From assembly GCA_030751995.1 (NCBI GenBank), contig JASMFB010000001.1, forward strand, positions 122 to 64,121: a DNA stretch of 64,000 bases, given 5' to 3'. This DNA is from Candidatus Thalassarchaeaceae archaeon (lineage in GTDB: Archaea; Thermoplasmatota; Poseidoniia; Poseidoniales; Thalassarchaeaceae). The notes under the pieces are model-generated. The model saw only the letters and a program-made list of their open reading frames with translations, had not been told where the DNA came from and searched no databases. The position numbers and the translations under genes are program-made. This document shows positions 1 to 8,411 of the stretch, piece after piece. Each line of letters starts with the position of its first letter. Position 1 is the first letter of the stretch.

Positions 1-801
1 AGGGGAATTGACCGCCATGGAACCATGATGGCTGGCATTCTTGTATCACACGGACAATATCCAGGCGCAGCTCCCAACGTTGGATTGGTAGTTGCAGCAG
101 CATTGAATTCCGAAGGTACCACTCAGTCTGAATCCACCGTTTCGGATGCCATTGAATGGTGTTGGGATGACATGGGCGTCGACATCATCTCTCTTTCATT
201 GGGGGGTGACCCCGATCCAGAAAACCCACTTGGGTCTCAAACAGCAGATGCGGTGAGTGATGCTCTAGATCACGGTGTTTTTGTTGTAGCAGCAGCGGGA
301 AATTCAGGTGGAGCTGGCACAGGAGTTACCGATGTATCGGTGCCAGCCAATGTCGACGGAGTCATTGCAGTAGGTGCAGTGGATAACGAGGGCTCGTTAT
401 GGGAGCGTACGGCAACTGGATCTAATACTGAAGGTGCAGATGGTAATTTGCGTGTAGAACCGAACCAGAAACCAGAGGTTTCAGCACCCGGTGTAGGAAT
501 CATATCAACATCAGATCCGGATTTATCAATACCATATTCAGCCAGTAGTGGAACTAGTGATGCCACTGTATTTGTGACGGGTGCTTTGGCGTTGATTCTT
601 GAGCGCCATGGAGATGCCCTCCCGAGTAGCAATTCAACACGAGCAGGAATCACTCTGGTAAAACAAGCATTAGCCGACTCGTGTCAACCCCACGCCCTTC
701 AGGGAGAAAACCATCACCCTAGATGGGGGTATGGAATCCTTGATGCCATTGCATGGGAGCGCGCAGTTGCCGATAGAATAGCATCTCAGGGCGATACTTA
801 A
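1..801 (+). CDS. Subtilisin-like S8 serine peptidase, 5'-truncated by the window edge
   Basis: The frame is open from base 1 (RGIDRHGTMMAGIL). It contains the catalytic His motif HGT, the oxyanion-hole motif AAAGNSG, KPEVSAPG, the catalytic Ser motif SGTSDAT and C-terminal WGYG. Confidence 0.9.
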   Translation, partial: RGIDRHGTMMAGILVSHGQYPGAAPNVGLVVAAALNSEGTTQSESTVSDAIEWCWDDMGVDIISLSLGGDPDPENPLGSQTADAVSDALDHGVFVVAAAGNSGGAGTGVTDVSVPANVDGVIAVGAVDNEGSLWERTATGSNTEGADGNLRVEPNQKPEVSAPGVGIISTSDPDLSIPYSASSGTSDATVFVTGALALILERHGDALPSSNSTRAGITLVKQALADSCQPHALQGENHHPRWGYGILDAIAWERAVADRIASQGDT

Positions 802-853
802 GTTAACTTTTGATACTAATAGATGATATTATTAATTTAATATGATATTATAA
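800..853. promoter_or_regulatory. Very AT-rich tract with three imperfect direct repeats TGATAYTA
   Basis: tgatactaat (811-820), tgatattatt (824-833) and tgatattata (843-852) lie upstream of the large gene at 935. A regulatory role is inferred. Confidence 0.4.
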
Positions 854-934
854 TGGTGGAAAACGGGCTGCCGCGGCGTCGTGGCTGTTATAGCCCTTGC
901 AACTGTCCCAGACTTGCAACTTGGAGTGACACCC

Positions 935-3900
935 ATGAAAGAGACCCACCGAAATAAGAGCCTATTTTTGTCATTCTTGATGCTCACAAGCGTCATGATT
1001 GGCATGGTTGGAATGATTCCCACAGCCGTGGCGACCAACGAGACATCGAACGGAACGGTTACAGGCACCGAAGTCTGGTCCGGCACACACACGTTGACTG
1101 GAGACGTCATCGTTGCGACCGGCGCCAACTTGATTGTGCAACCTGGGACAACCGTCACTATCCCCAATGGGACATTCATAGATGTCCGTGGTGGATTGTG
1201 TGCAGGCGATGTTGCCTGCGGCGCGAATGGCATGGCGAGCAACAGCTCTCGTATCACATTCAATTGGCAGGATCCAGCAAACGCATCTGCTACTGGCAAT
1301 TGTTACGGTATCTTCAGTGGAAATCACTGGAACCGGGATCCTTCCTGCCACGAAGGCATCCTTCTACGCAGCACGGTCGACATCGGTGCTACCAAACTGA
1401 AATTCGTATCCATTACTAATGCGTACGGCATTCCGCGTTGGGTGTCTGAGATCTCAGAAGTTCGATATGGTGCAATTGTCGCAGAGGGTGCTAGCCCCAC
1501 AATGACCGAATTGAAATTCGAAGGAATCAATACAACCAGTCTACTCATTCTAGACCTGGCCCGTCCAGACATCGTCGGTGGGGAATTCACAGTGGGTGAT
1601 GACGCAACTTCATTGATTGGTTCGGCCATCCAAGCATATGGTGCAGGAAGTCCGATTCAACCCCTCTCCATTCTGTCGCCTGTATTCACGGGCACGGACA
1701 AGGGATGTGGGCAAAGTGACGACGGTCGTCACGTTCTCTGGGTCGAGGAATCCTATGTCGACATTCAGTATGCTGTGATAACAAACGGAGATTACGGAAT
1801 CCGCTTGGATGATTCTGCAGGCCATGTCAACTCGTCAACGATTGACACCACGTGCAACGGTATCGACGTCAACAACAAGAAAACAGCTGGAAACAACGCC
1901 GCCTACAAATTGTCCGTAAACAACAACAAGATTACTACTGCCGATCGCAGCCCATTAACGGCTTTCAATTTCGCATGGGTAGACTTCAACAACAACGTCA
2001 TAGATGGAGCTGGAGAAGGTTCTGGAGTTCAGATTTCCAAGAGCCAAGTCAACATCAATGGCGGTACGATTGGACCGATTGGCGGCTGGAATGGTATCTG
2101 GTCTATCGGTGAAAGTGATGTTCGTATTGAGAATGTGACCATTGAAGGTACTGCGAAGGAACCCATTGTTGCAGGCGAATATCACTTCGGTGACAGCGGA
2201 TGGACGGTCCCCTCACCTTCTGAGAATAGAATGTATGTAGCCAATTCAATCATCGACAGTAATGGCGGCGAATGCACCAGTTTGAAGGCATGGGGTGGAG
2301 ATTTCCCTTGTCCTGCAGTACACGCCTTCCGTTCCTCACTGACCCTGTTGAACAACGACATCAACATAGGCGGAGAAGGTGATGGCATTCGAGCCATCGG
2401 TGCTTTGCTCGACATTAGAAACAATGTCATCAATTCGACTGGTACAGGTGCTATGATCAAGCACCACAATACCAATTATGCCGGCGATTCCCAGTATGGG
2501 ACCCTCGGATTCTTCTCAGGGAATACCTGGTCGGGTGTTGGACAGACGTACAATGTGACAAAGAGCAGCATCACCGTTCAATCTGAGAACATCCCAATCC
2601 CCAACCAAGGCGCTAATACGACCAATCCAGTAACTCTCTCGTGGCCTGACGTTGAAGCAGCAGAGTGGACCAATTGGGACGGTCAAGTGTTGGTTCCAAC
2701 TTGTAGTGTATGGCCCCCTCAGAATTTCCCACTAACTATGGATATGACTAACAATTCAACAGTGTTTACATATTCAAATTTGACAGGATTGGACACATCA
2801 AACATCTACATCGACACTTCACCCATCAAATGGGCTGTGCAGATTCGAAAGGCAGAGATTGTCAAGTTCCGAACCATAGTTGAAGGTGTACGTGTCGGCG
2901 GCTCCACCGTGTTAATCGAAGACAGTCATGGCACTGATTTGTACAGTCTGACAACGGACAGCCAAGGATGGACCCCTGAAGTCTCTCTTGCCAGCGATTT
3001 CCATCTCGACATGACAGGTGGAGGCCCCGGTGGCATCCACCCAGATCGATATGCTGATGATGATGGTGAGAATTCCTGTAGTGATGGTATGGATAATGAC
3101 GGGGACCTCATCTACGATGGTGATGACCCCGATTGCCAAGCTGGATCCAGCAGCCGCGAAATGTCGTTGTACTACGTATCTGCATACAAGTTTGGAAAGG
3201 GCTACAAGAAATACAGCCTAACTATGACCAGCCAGACAGGCGTGTTGTCTGAGATTGTATCACTGGAAAATCTCGAACCAAGCATCACAGTGAGTCAGAA
3301 CGATGGACATTCTTTCAAGCGCTCCGTGAACTTCACAGGAACCGCACATGATGGCACATGGGCTGGAATTTATGCTTCGGACGAATTGGCTCGCTGGGAC
3401 CAACAGGGCGCAGTCGAGCAGGTTCAGGTCAAGGACCCCTTCACCAGCGATTGGATTGACATGCGACTAGCAGTTGACAATAGCAATTCTGATGGCGAAG
3501 TGACTTACAACAACCATCCTTTCAGTCACTGGTACTTTGAGTATGACATGAGCGATCAGCCCGAAGGCGACTATACCTTCGAATTCCGTTCATTTGACGG
3601 AGTTACAGAATCACAAATCGTCACAAGGACAGTGAAACTGAATACTGAACCACCCACCATTTGGGTCGATGGTCCAGCATCTGGAACCGTGATTGATGAT
3701 GGAATTGTTCACTTCATTGGTCGCGCTTCCGATGCCTACAGCGGCATTTTCGGCAGTGACATCCAGCGAATCTGGTTTGAAGTCGATGGACCTATCAATG
3801 CCAATGGAGAGCCATACTACAACAAGTTCGACAAACCAGGTGGTACCGCTTGGTCTGCTGATTGGACCGTTGGACACCTTCTTTCAGGAACATACACCGT

Positions 3901-5323
3901 GAACGTTTGGGCCAGTGATTCGGCTTTCTGCACGAATTCTGCCGATGAATGTACACCGGTAGAATTGATACTTGAGGTAGACAATGACAACGCAATACCT
4001 GTTGTTCAACTTCTAACTCCGTTCGATTTACAGACGATTACCGCCAGTGAAGATACTCTACTGAGTGGCGTCGCGCGCGATACGGATGGAACGGTCACAA
4101 AGGTAGAGATTGTAATCAAGGATCCTCAGGCAGGTTTCCTTGAAATGCCTGAAGGTCCACATTCATTGGTGCAGAATATTGCAGCGAATGGTGGATGGGC
4201 GACCTCATGGGATACGACAAATCTAGTCCACAATTACCACTACATCATCGAAGTCCGTTCTTTTGACGGATTCCAGTACAGTGAGGCTGCGTCGATTGAA
4301 ATCATCATCGACAACCCCCCAAACCAAGACAACACCCGGCCCGCATTCAATTCGACATCGTGGCCAGATTCGGCGACCATCTTCTGCGAAGAGACTGGAG
4401 CCTCACAGAATCGATGTGGCAATGGCTATTTCATCGATCTGACTCAATTCTTCTCTGATGTAGATGAAGGAGATAGCCTGTCTTACTACGTATATGACAA
4501 CCCTGAAATGTTTGAGGATGATTACCATGCCGAGGTCGTCTTAATCAGCGGAGATGGAATTGCCAATTACAACCCAATGTCCATGTCGTTTTATGAACCT
4601 GATATGGCCGATTGGTCCCTAGAAGCAGTCATCTTCGAAGTTCGGGATAATGCCGATAGCAGAGTGTACTCTGCCTCCCTCGATTTAGATGTCGTCGGTG
4701 TATCGTTTACCTCGGAATGTGACGGAATCATGGTTGGTGGCGAAGAATTCGTCGAGGGATGTGATGGCCAGATTAGCCAATCTGATACCCTGATCTACCG
4801 CGGGAACGGACGACCCACAGTCAGTGTGATTGGGGAGACAGGAGCCGGTCTGCGTCTTGGCAGCACTGCTGTTGGTGATGATGGCATGTGGATGATGGAG
4901 ATACCCGGCAATCGTCTGGACAAAGGCAGCAACACAGTCGTATTCGAATATGGTAGCATTGGGCAACCACTGAATGAGGACTCGGAAATCGTTGTAGAAG
5001 GCGGTCTTGATGAGGGTTCAGGCATATTCATGTGGATTCTGATGGTTGTTGCTGCTCTAGTTGTTCTCGGAGTATTGGGTGCAGTATTCGTCTTCTTCTT
5101 CGTGGAATTCGAAGATGATTATGACGAGGACCTAGATGAGGCTTCGGCCGAAGAGGTCGATCCGTATGCTTGGGCCAAGGAACGACAGCAACAGGATGCC
5201 GCCGCCGAAGTCGAACAGGTGGCTCAGCCCGCCGTTCAACAGGAAGCAACTCCAGCTGTATCTGGCTACCCTGGTTGGAAGTGGGACGCAGAGCAGAACA
5301 AGTGGATTCCAGACAATGAGTGA
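935..5323 (+). CDS. Large type I membrane-anchored surface protein: right-handed beta-helix (pectin-lyase-like) region, Cys/Asp metal-binding motif, Ig-like domains, C-terminal TM helix and acidic tail
   Basis: Start moved to ATG 935, which follows the SD-like ggagtga. Features: signal peptide (SLFLSFLMLTSVMIG...AVA), N/I/G-rich beta-helix repeats, CSDGMDNDGDLIYDGDDPDC, Ig-like repeats (xSFDG...DN), TM IFMWILMVVAALVVLGVLGAVFVFFFV and tail GYPGWKWDAEQNKWIP. Confidence 0.8.
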   Translation: MKETHRNKSLFLSFLMLTSVMIGMVGMIPTAVATNETSNGTVTGTEVWSGTHTLTGDVIVATGANLIVQPGTTVTIPNGTFIDVRGGLCAGDVACGANGMASNSSRITFNWQDPANASATGNCYGIFSGNHWNRDPSCHEGILLRSTVDIGATKLKFVSITNAYGIPRWVSEISEVRYGAIVAEGASPTMTELKFEGINTTSLLILDLARPDIVGGEFTVGDDATSLIGSAIQAYGAGSPIQPLSILSPVFTGTDKGCGQSDDGRHVLWVEESYVDIQYAVITNGDYGIRLDDSAGHVNSSTIDTTCNGIDVNNKKTAGNNAAYKLSVNNNKITTADRSPLTAFNFAWVDFNNNVIDGAGEGSGVQISKSQVNINGGTIGPIGGWNGIWSIGESDVRIENVTIEGTAKEPIVAGEYHFGDSGWTVPSPSENRMYVANSIIDSNGGECTSLKAWGGDFPCPAVHAFRSSLTLLNNDINIGGEGDGIRAIGALLDIRNNVINSTGTGAMIKHHNTNYAGDSQYGTLGFFSGNTWSGVGQTYNVTKSSITVQSENIPIPNQGANTTNPVTLSWPDVEAAEWTNWDGQVLVPTCSVWPPQNFPLTMDMTNNSTVFTYSNLTGLDTSNIYIDTSPIKWAVQIRKAEIVKFRTIVEGVRVGGSTVLIEDSHGTDLYSLTTDSQGWTPEVSLASDFHLDMTGGGPGGIHPDRYADDDGENSCSDGMDNDGDLIYDGDDPDCQAGSSSREMSLYYVSAYKFGKGYKKYSLTMTSQTGVLSEIVSLENLEPSITVSQNDGHSFKRSVNFTGTAHDGTWAGIYASDELARWDQQGAVEQVQVKDPFTSDWIDMRLAVDNSNSDGEVTYNNHPFSHWYFEYDMSDQPEGDYTFEFRSFDGVTESQIVTRTVKLNTEPPTIWVDGPASGTVIDDGIVHFIGRASDAYSGIFGSDIQRIWFEVDGPINANGEPYYNKFDKPGGTAWSADWTVGHLLSGTYTVNVWASDSAFCTNSADECTPVELILEVDNDNAIPVVQLLTPFDLQTITASEDTLLSGVARDTDGTVTKVEIVIKDPQAGFLEMPEGPHSLVQNIAANGGWATSWDTTNLVHNYHYIIEVRSFDGFQYSEAASIEIIIDNPPNQDNTRPAFNSTSWPDSATIFCEETGASQNRCGNGYFIDLTQFFSDVDEGDSLSYYVYDNPEMFEDDYHAEVVLISGDGIANYNPMSMSFYEPDMADWSLEAVIFEVRDNADSRVYSASLDLDVVGVSFTSECDGIMVGGEEFVEGCDGQISQSDTLIYRGNGRPTVSVIGETGAGLRLGSTAVGDDGMWMMEIPGNRLDKGSNTVVFEYGSIGQPLNEDSEIVVEGGLDEGSGIFMWILMVVAALVVLGVLGAVFVFFFVEFEDDYDEDLDEASAEEVDPYAWAKERQQQDAAAEVEQVAQPAVQQEATPAVSGYPGWKWDAEQNKWIPDNE

Positions 5324-5375
5324 TGGGGAACACGCTCGACTTGGTCATTGGGTCAGGTTGGGAGTGTTCACATCA
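5321..5375 (+). other. Long RNA hairpin (about 23 bp, 5 G.U pairs) starting at the stop codon of the surface-protein gene
   Basis: TGATG/CATCA, GAACAC/GTGTTC and CTCGACTTGGTC/GGTCAGGTTGGG pair around the loop ATTG. The wobble pairs work only as + strand RNA. Confidence 0.6.
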
Positions 5376-5418
5376 GTATCAAAAAGGGATGCGTGACAAT
5401 TGATATGGAGTGGTCAGC

Positions 5419-7941
5419 ATGAGTCATCCAAGACCCGGAGTTCAGGAACGCATCATGCTGCATCTCCGTGACTATGCGGATTACACCGATTCCGTAGAGG
5501 TCCCCTTTGCACTTTCACAGATGGGAATCGCCAATGCAGTTGCCATTGCGCGTAGCAATGTACCTCGTGCAATTGCCGGATTGAAGGATGCAAATCATTT
5601 GATTGAACGCCAAGCCCACGTTGCGGGAGTCAGTCGGAAACGGAAGGCGTATTTCCTAACTGATTCGGGCATGGTGCAGGCAGAAGAAACATGGAAGCGT
5701 CTTTCTGAACACCCGATTCGGCTTGTCGACAAAGATGGCGTTACTCACACAACTACACTGGCCGGTTCAATCGACATTGCAACATTCCCTCTTAGGGCAG
5801 TTGATGTTCTTCGATACATGGACGATTTGGGGATGCTGGATTTACGTACATTGAACGAAGAATTGATTCAGCGCGATCTAGACAAGCACGTCGAGAAACA
5901 ACTCGTCACATCTTTGGGTGATTTACCTCGCACTCGCGCCTTCTTTGGGCGTGAAACTGAACTGGATAATATCTGTGCACTTATCGATGCGCGCTCCTCC
6001 TGTCTATTGGTCCCAGGAATTGCTGGCATCGGAAAAACCGCTCTCGCGGGGAAGGTCATTGAGCAATACACACATCGCCGTAATCTGCTCTATCACCGTT
6101 GCCAGGATTGGGAGGGTAGTCGTGCCTTCTTGGAGGCATGTGCTGAATGGTTATCGACTATCGGTGATGATGATTTATCTGACTATATCCACGCCACAGC
6201 AGTCCCACAATCCTCTGTGGCTGTCAATCTCATCATCGGCGCAATGGAAGAAATTCCATCACTAATCGTCATCGACGACTTGCACAAGGTGAATGATGAC
6301 GCACTGTTCGCCATTATTCGTGGTTTATCACAGCGCATGGAGGATGTCCAAGAATGTGGTTTGGTTATGTTCAGTCGTTCATTCCGCGCAGTTGTCCCTC
6401 TGAAGGATGCAGAAGGCAACATCTCGGCTCTGGTACTGCCATTGGAAGGTTTGGACCAATCCGCAAGTCGTCATATTCTCACATCGATGCCTGACATCGA
6501 TATGTCAGCATTCCTTCACATCTACACACTCTCTAGGGGGCACCCCCTCATTCTCCAACTAATCAATCGCGGTTCGGTGGGTTCAACCTTCCACGACTCA
6601 TTGGAAACCTTCGTTGACGAAGAGATTTTCAGTAGACTTTCTGGTGCTGAAAAGCGTGTACTCGGTGCCATTGCTATCTACCGCGAGCCGATGCCATTGG
6701 AGGCACTTTCCAATCATGAGATTGAGACGGATTTACTCGGCGACCTCGTAGAAAAGGGATTGGCACGCCAAGTAGATAGCGAAAATTATGACGTTCACGA
6801 TTTGGTTCGCGAATTCTTGCTTCGAACCTTCGATTCTACAACCGCAACAGATCTACATGGAGCAGCATGCAATTGGTATCGCGGACGCCGCGATGCACCA
6901 GAACAACAGTTGGAATATATCTACCATCTTGTGAATTCTGGCGATACAGATTCATTGGGGGAAGTTCTCGATGAAAACGGTCGCTCTCTGGTACGCAGTG
7001 GCCACATGGAATTGTTGCCACTTCTATTGGAACTTGATGATTCGCAATTTGAACCGAGTACATGGGCCACGGTCCTTGAGATGCGCGGCGACATTCTATC
7101 CCTCCAGGGCCGATGGGATGATGCTGAAGCTGAATACGAAGCGGCCCTACCGTTGGTAGAGAAACAGAAAATGCGCGAAATGCAGGGGCGATTATTGTCC
7201 AGCAAAGCGGATTTGGCATTACAGCGTGGGGAATCCGATGCCGCGTTAGAGTTGCATCGCCAAGCCCTTGAACTATTCATTGGTACTGGTGATGCCAAAG
7301 GTGCAGCTCGTACGTACAACAACATGGGGTACATTTTCCGTCATCGCAAGGATACTAAACGTGCTCTCGAGGTCTATGGCAACGTCGAGGAACTGCTTGA
7401 AGCGGAAGCGGATCCCGAACTTCTTGAAGTCAAAATCAAGTTGGCATCAGCACTTCTAGAAATGGGGGAGATTGACCGTGCACGTGAACATGCTTTGTCA
7501 TCATACGAGGAAACCGAGAATTCAGAGAACGTCGGACTCCATGCCCGTGCGCGCGCCGTACTTGGCCGATTTTATGCCCGAACAGGTGATGCGGATCTCG
7601 CCCTTCACCATTATTCTGAAGCTTTGGAACAGATGGCAGAAGAGACCGATCAACGCAGCGCCGTTGAAATTACTATTCTGTTGGGTGAGGCGCTTTCCGA
7701 TGCTGGTCGTGCCGAAGAGGCAGTCGAGCATTATCTGGATGGTTTGGCCATGGCTGAAGCCAACGATTTCCGTCCACTCATAGGGGAATTGTTGGCACGC
7801 CTAGGTGAGGCGGCCCCGGAGAAGTCTGAACGAATGAACTATCTTCAACGCGCCTTGACAGTTTTCCGTGAACTTGGTGCGGGCGCCCGCATGCGCGAGG
7901 TCCAAGGCCAGATGCATCGCGCCATCATGGGTAGCCATTAG
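5419..7941 (+). CDS. Winged-helix + STAND-class P-loop NTPase + TPR protein (putative signal-transducing regulator)
   Basis: ATG 5419 follows ggagtgg. N-terminal wHTH (SQMGIANAVAIARSNVPRAIAGL...RKRKAYFLT), FFGRETEL, Walker A GIAGIGKT, Walker B LIVIDDLH, GHPL (GxP motif), VHDLVREF (MHD-like) and C-terminal TPRs (ARTYNNMGYIF, ARAVLGRFY). Confidence 0.85.
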   Translation: MSHPRPGVQERIMLHLRDYADYTDSVEVPFALSQMGIANAVAIARSNVPRAIAGLKDANHLIERQAHVAGVSRKRKAYFLTDSGMVQAEETWKRLSEHPIRLVDKDGVTHTTTLAGSIDIATFPLRAVDVLRYMDDLGMLDLRTLNEELIQRDLDKHVEKQLVTSLGDLPRTRAFFGRETELDNICALIDARSSCLLVPGIAGIGKTALAGKVIEQYTHRRNLLYHRCQDWEGSRAFLEACAEWLSTIGDDDLSDYIHATAVPQSSVAVNLIIGAMEEIPSLIVIDDLHKVNDDALFAIIRGLSQRMEDVQECGLVMFSRSFRAVVPLKDAEGNISALVLPLEGLDQSASRHILTSMPDIDMSAFLHIYTLSRGHPLILQLINRGSVGSTFHDSLETFVDEEIFSRLSGAEKRVLGAIAIYREPMPLEALSNHEIETDLLGDLVEKGLARQVDSENYDVHDLVREFLLRTFDSTTATDLHGAACNWYRGRRDAPEQQLEYIYHLVNSGDTDSLGEVLDENGRSLVRSGHMELLPLLLELDDSQFEPSTWATVLEMRGDILSLQGRWDDAEAEYEAALPLVEKQKMREMQGRLLSSKADLALQRGESDAALELHRQALELFIGTGDAKGAARTYNNMGYIFRHRKDTKRALEVYGNVEELLEAEADPELLEVKIKLASALLEMGEIDRAREHALSSYEETENSENVGLHARARAVLGRFYARTGDADLALHHYSEALEQMAEETDQRSAVEITILLGEALSDAGRAEEAVEHYLDGLAMAEANDFRPLIGELLARLGEAAPEKSERMNYLQRALTVFRELGAGARMREVQGQMHRAIMGSH

Positions 7942-8411
7942 AATCCAGGTTGATCAACTTGGATTGTCACTTGGCCCGAATCCAAAACCACCCAGATTGT
8001 TTCTACACCTGCGAGATTGACAACTCCTGAATGATTCGTCGCTGCAGCTCCAGAGATTGGTTGACTAGTACGGTATACCTGTTCTCCGTCTGAAAGATGT
8101 ACAGCATCATCGGTCAACCACATCTCAAGATTGAGTCCGAACGCCGTTGACAAATGCAGTTCTACAGGTTCAGCATACCGCGCATCTCCATCCAATCGTG
8201 CGGCTTCATCAGCTCTTTCAACAGCCGCACCCACCGATAGAAGATTTTCTTCCAATGCCTCTTCAGTCCAGCGATTCTGTGTAGAGACTTCAAGATCCCA
8301 TACCCAGATTGAAAATGCAGAGAGAAACATGAGTCCAAGCAAGAATGTGAATACATAACCAATTTCCGTGGCTGCCGCTGACTCGTCATCAACAAATTTG
8401 CGCGCCATCAT
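7938..8411 (-). CDS. Archaeal type IV pilin-like protein (class III signal peptide-like N-terminus), 157 aa
   Basis: Short charged leader, then DESA/AATEIGYVFTFLLGLMFLSAF. Last gene of a translationally coupled trio. Confidence 0.65.
   Translation of the reverse strand: MMARKFVDDESAAATEIGYVFTFLLGLMFLSAFSIWVWDLEVSTQNRWTEEALEENLLSVGAAVERADEAARLDGDARYAEPVELHLSTAFGLNLEMWLTDDAVHLSDGEQVYRTSQPISGAAATNHSGVVNLAGVETIWVVLDSGQVTIQVDQPGF

Noticed and set aside
800-880. Replication origin or dif site in the AT-rich tracts (also 12660-12790)
   Set aside because: There are no ORB-like repeats with G-strings, no adjacent cdc6/orc1 and no clear 11-6-11 inverted dif structure.
5310-5380. Possible C/D box sRNA
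   Set aside because: C-like and D'-like words exist on the minus strand, but there is no terminal D box at a suitable spacing.
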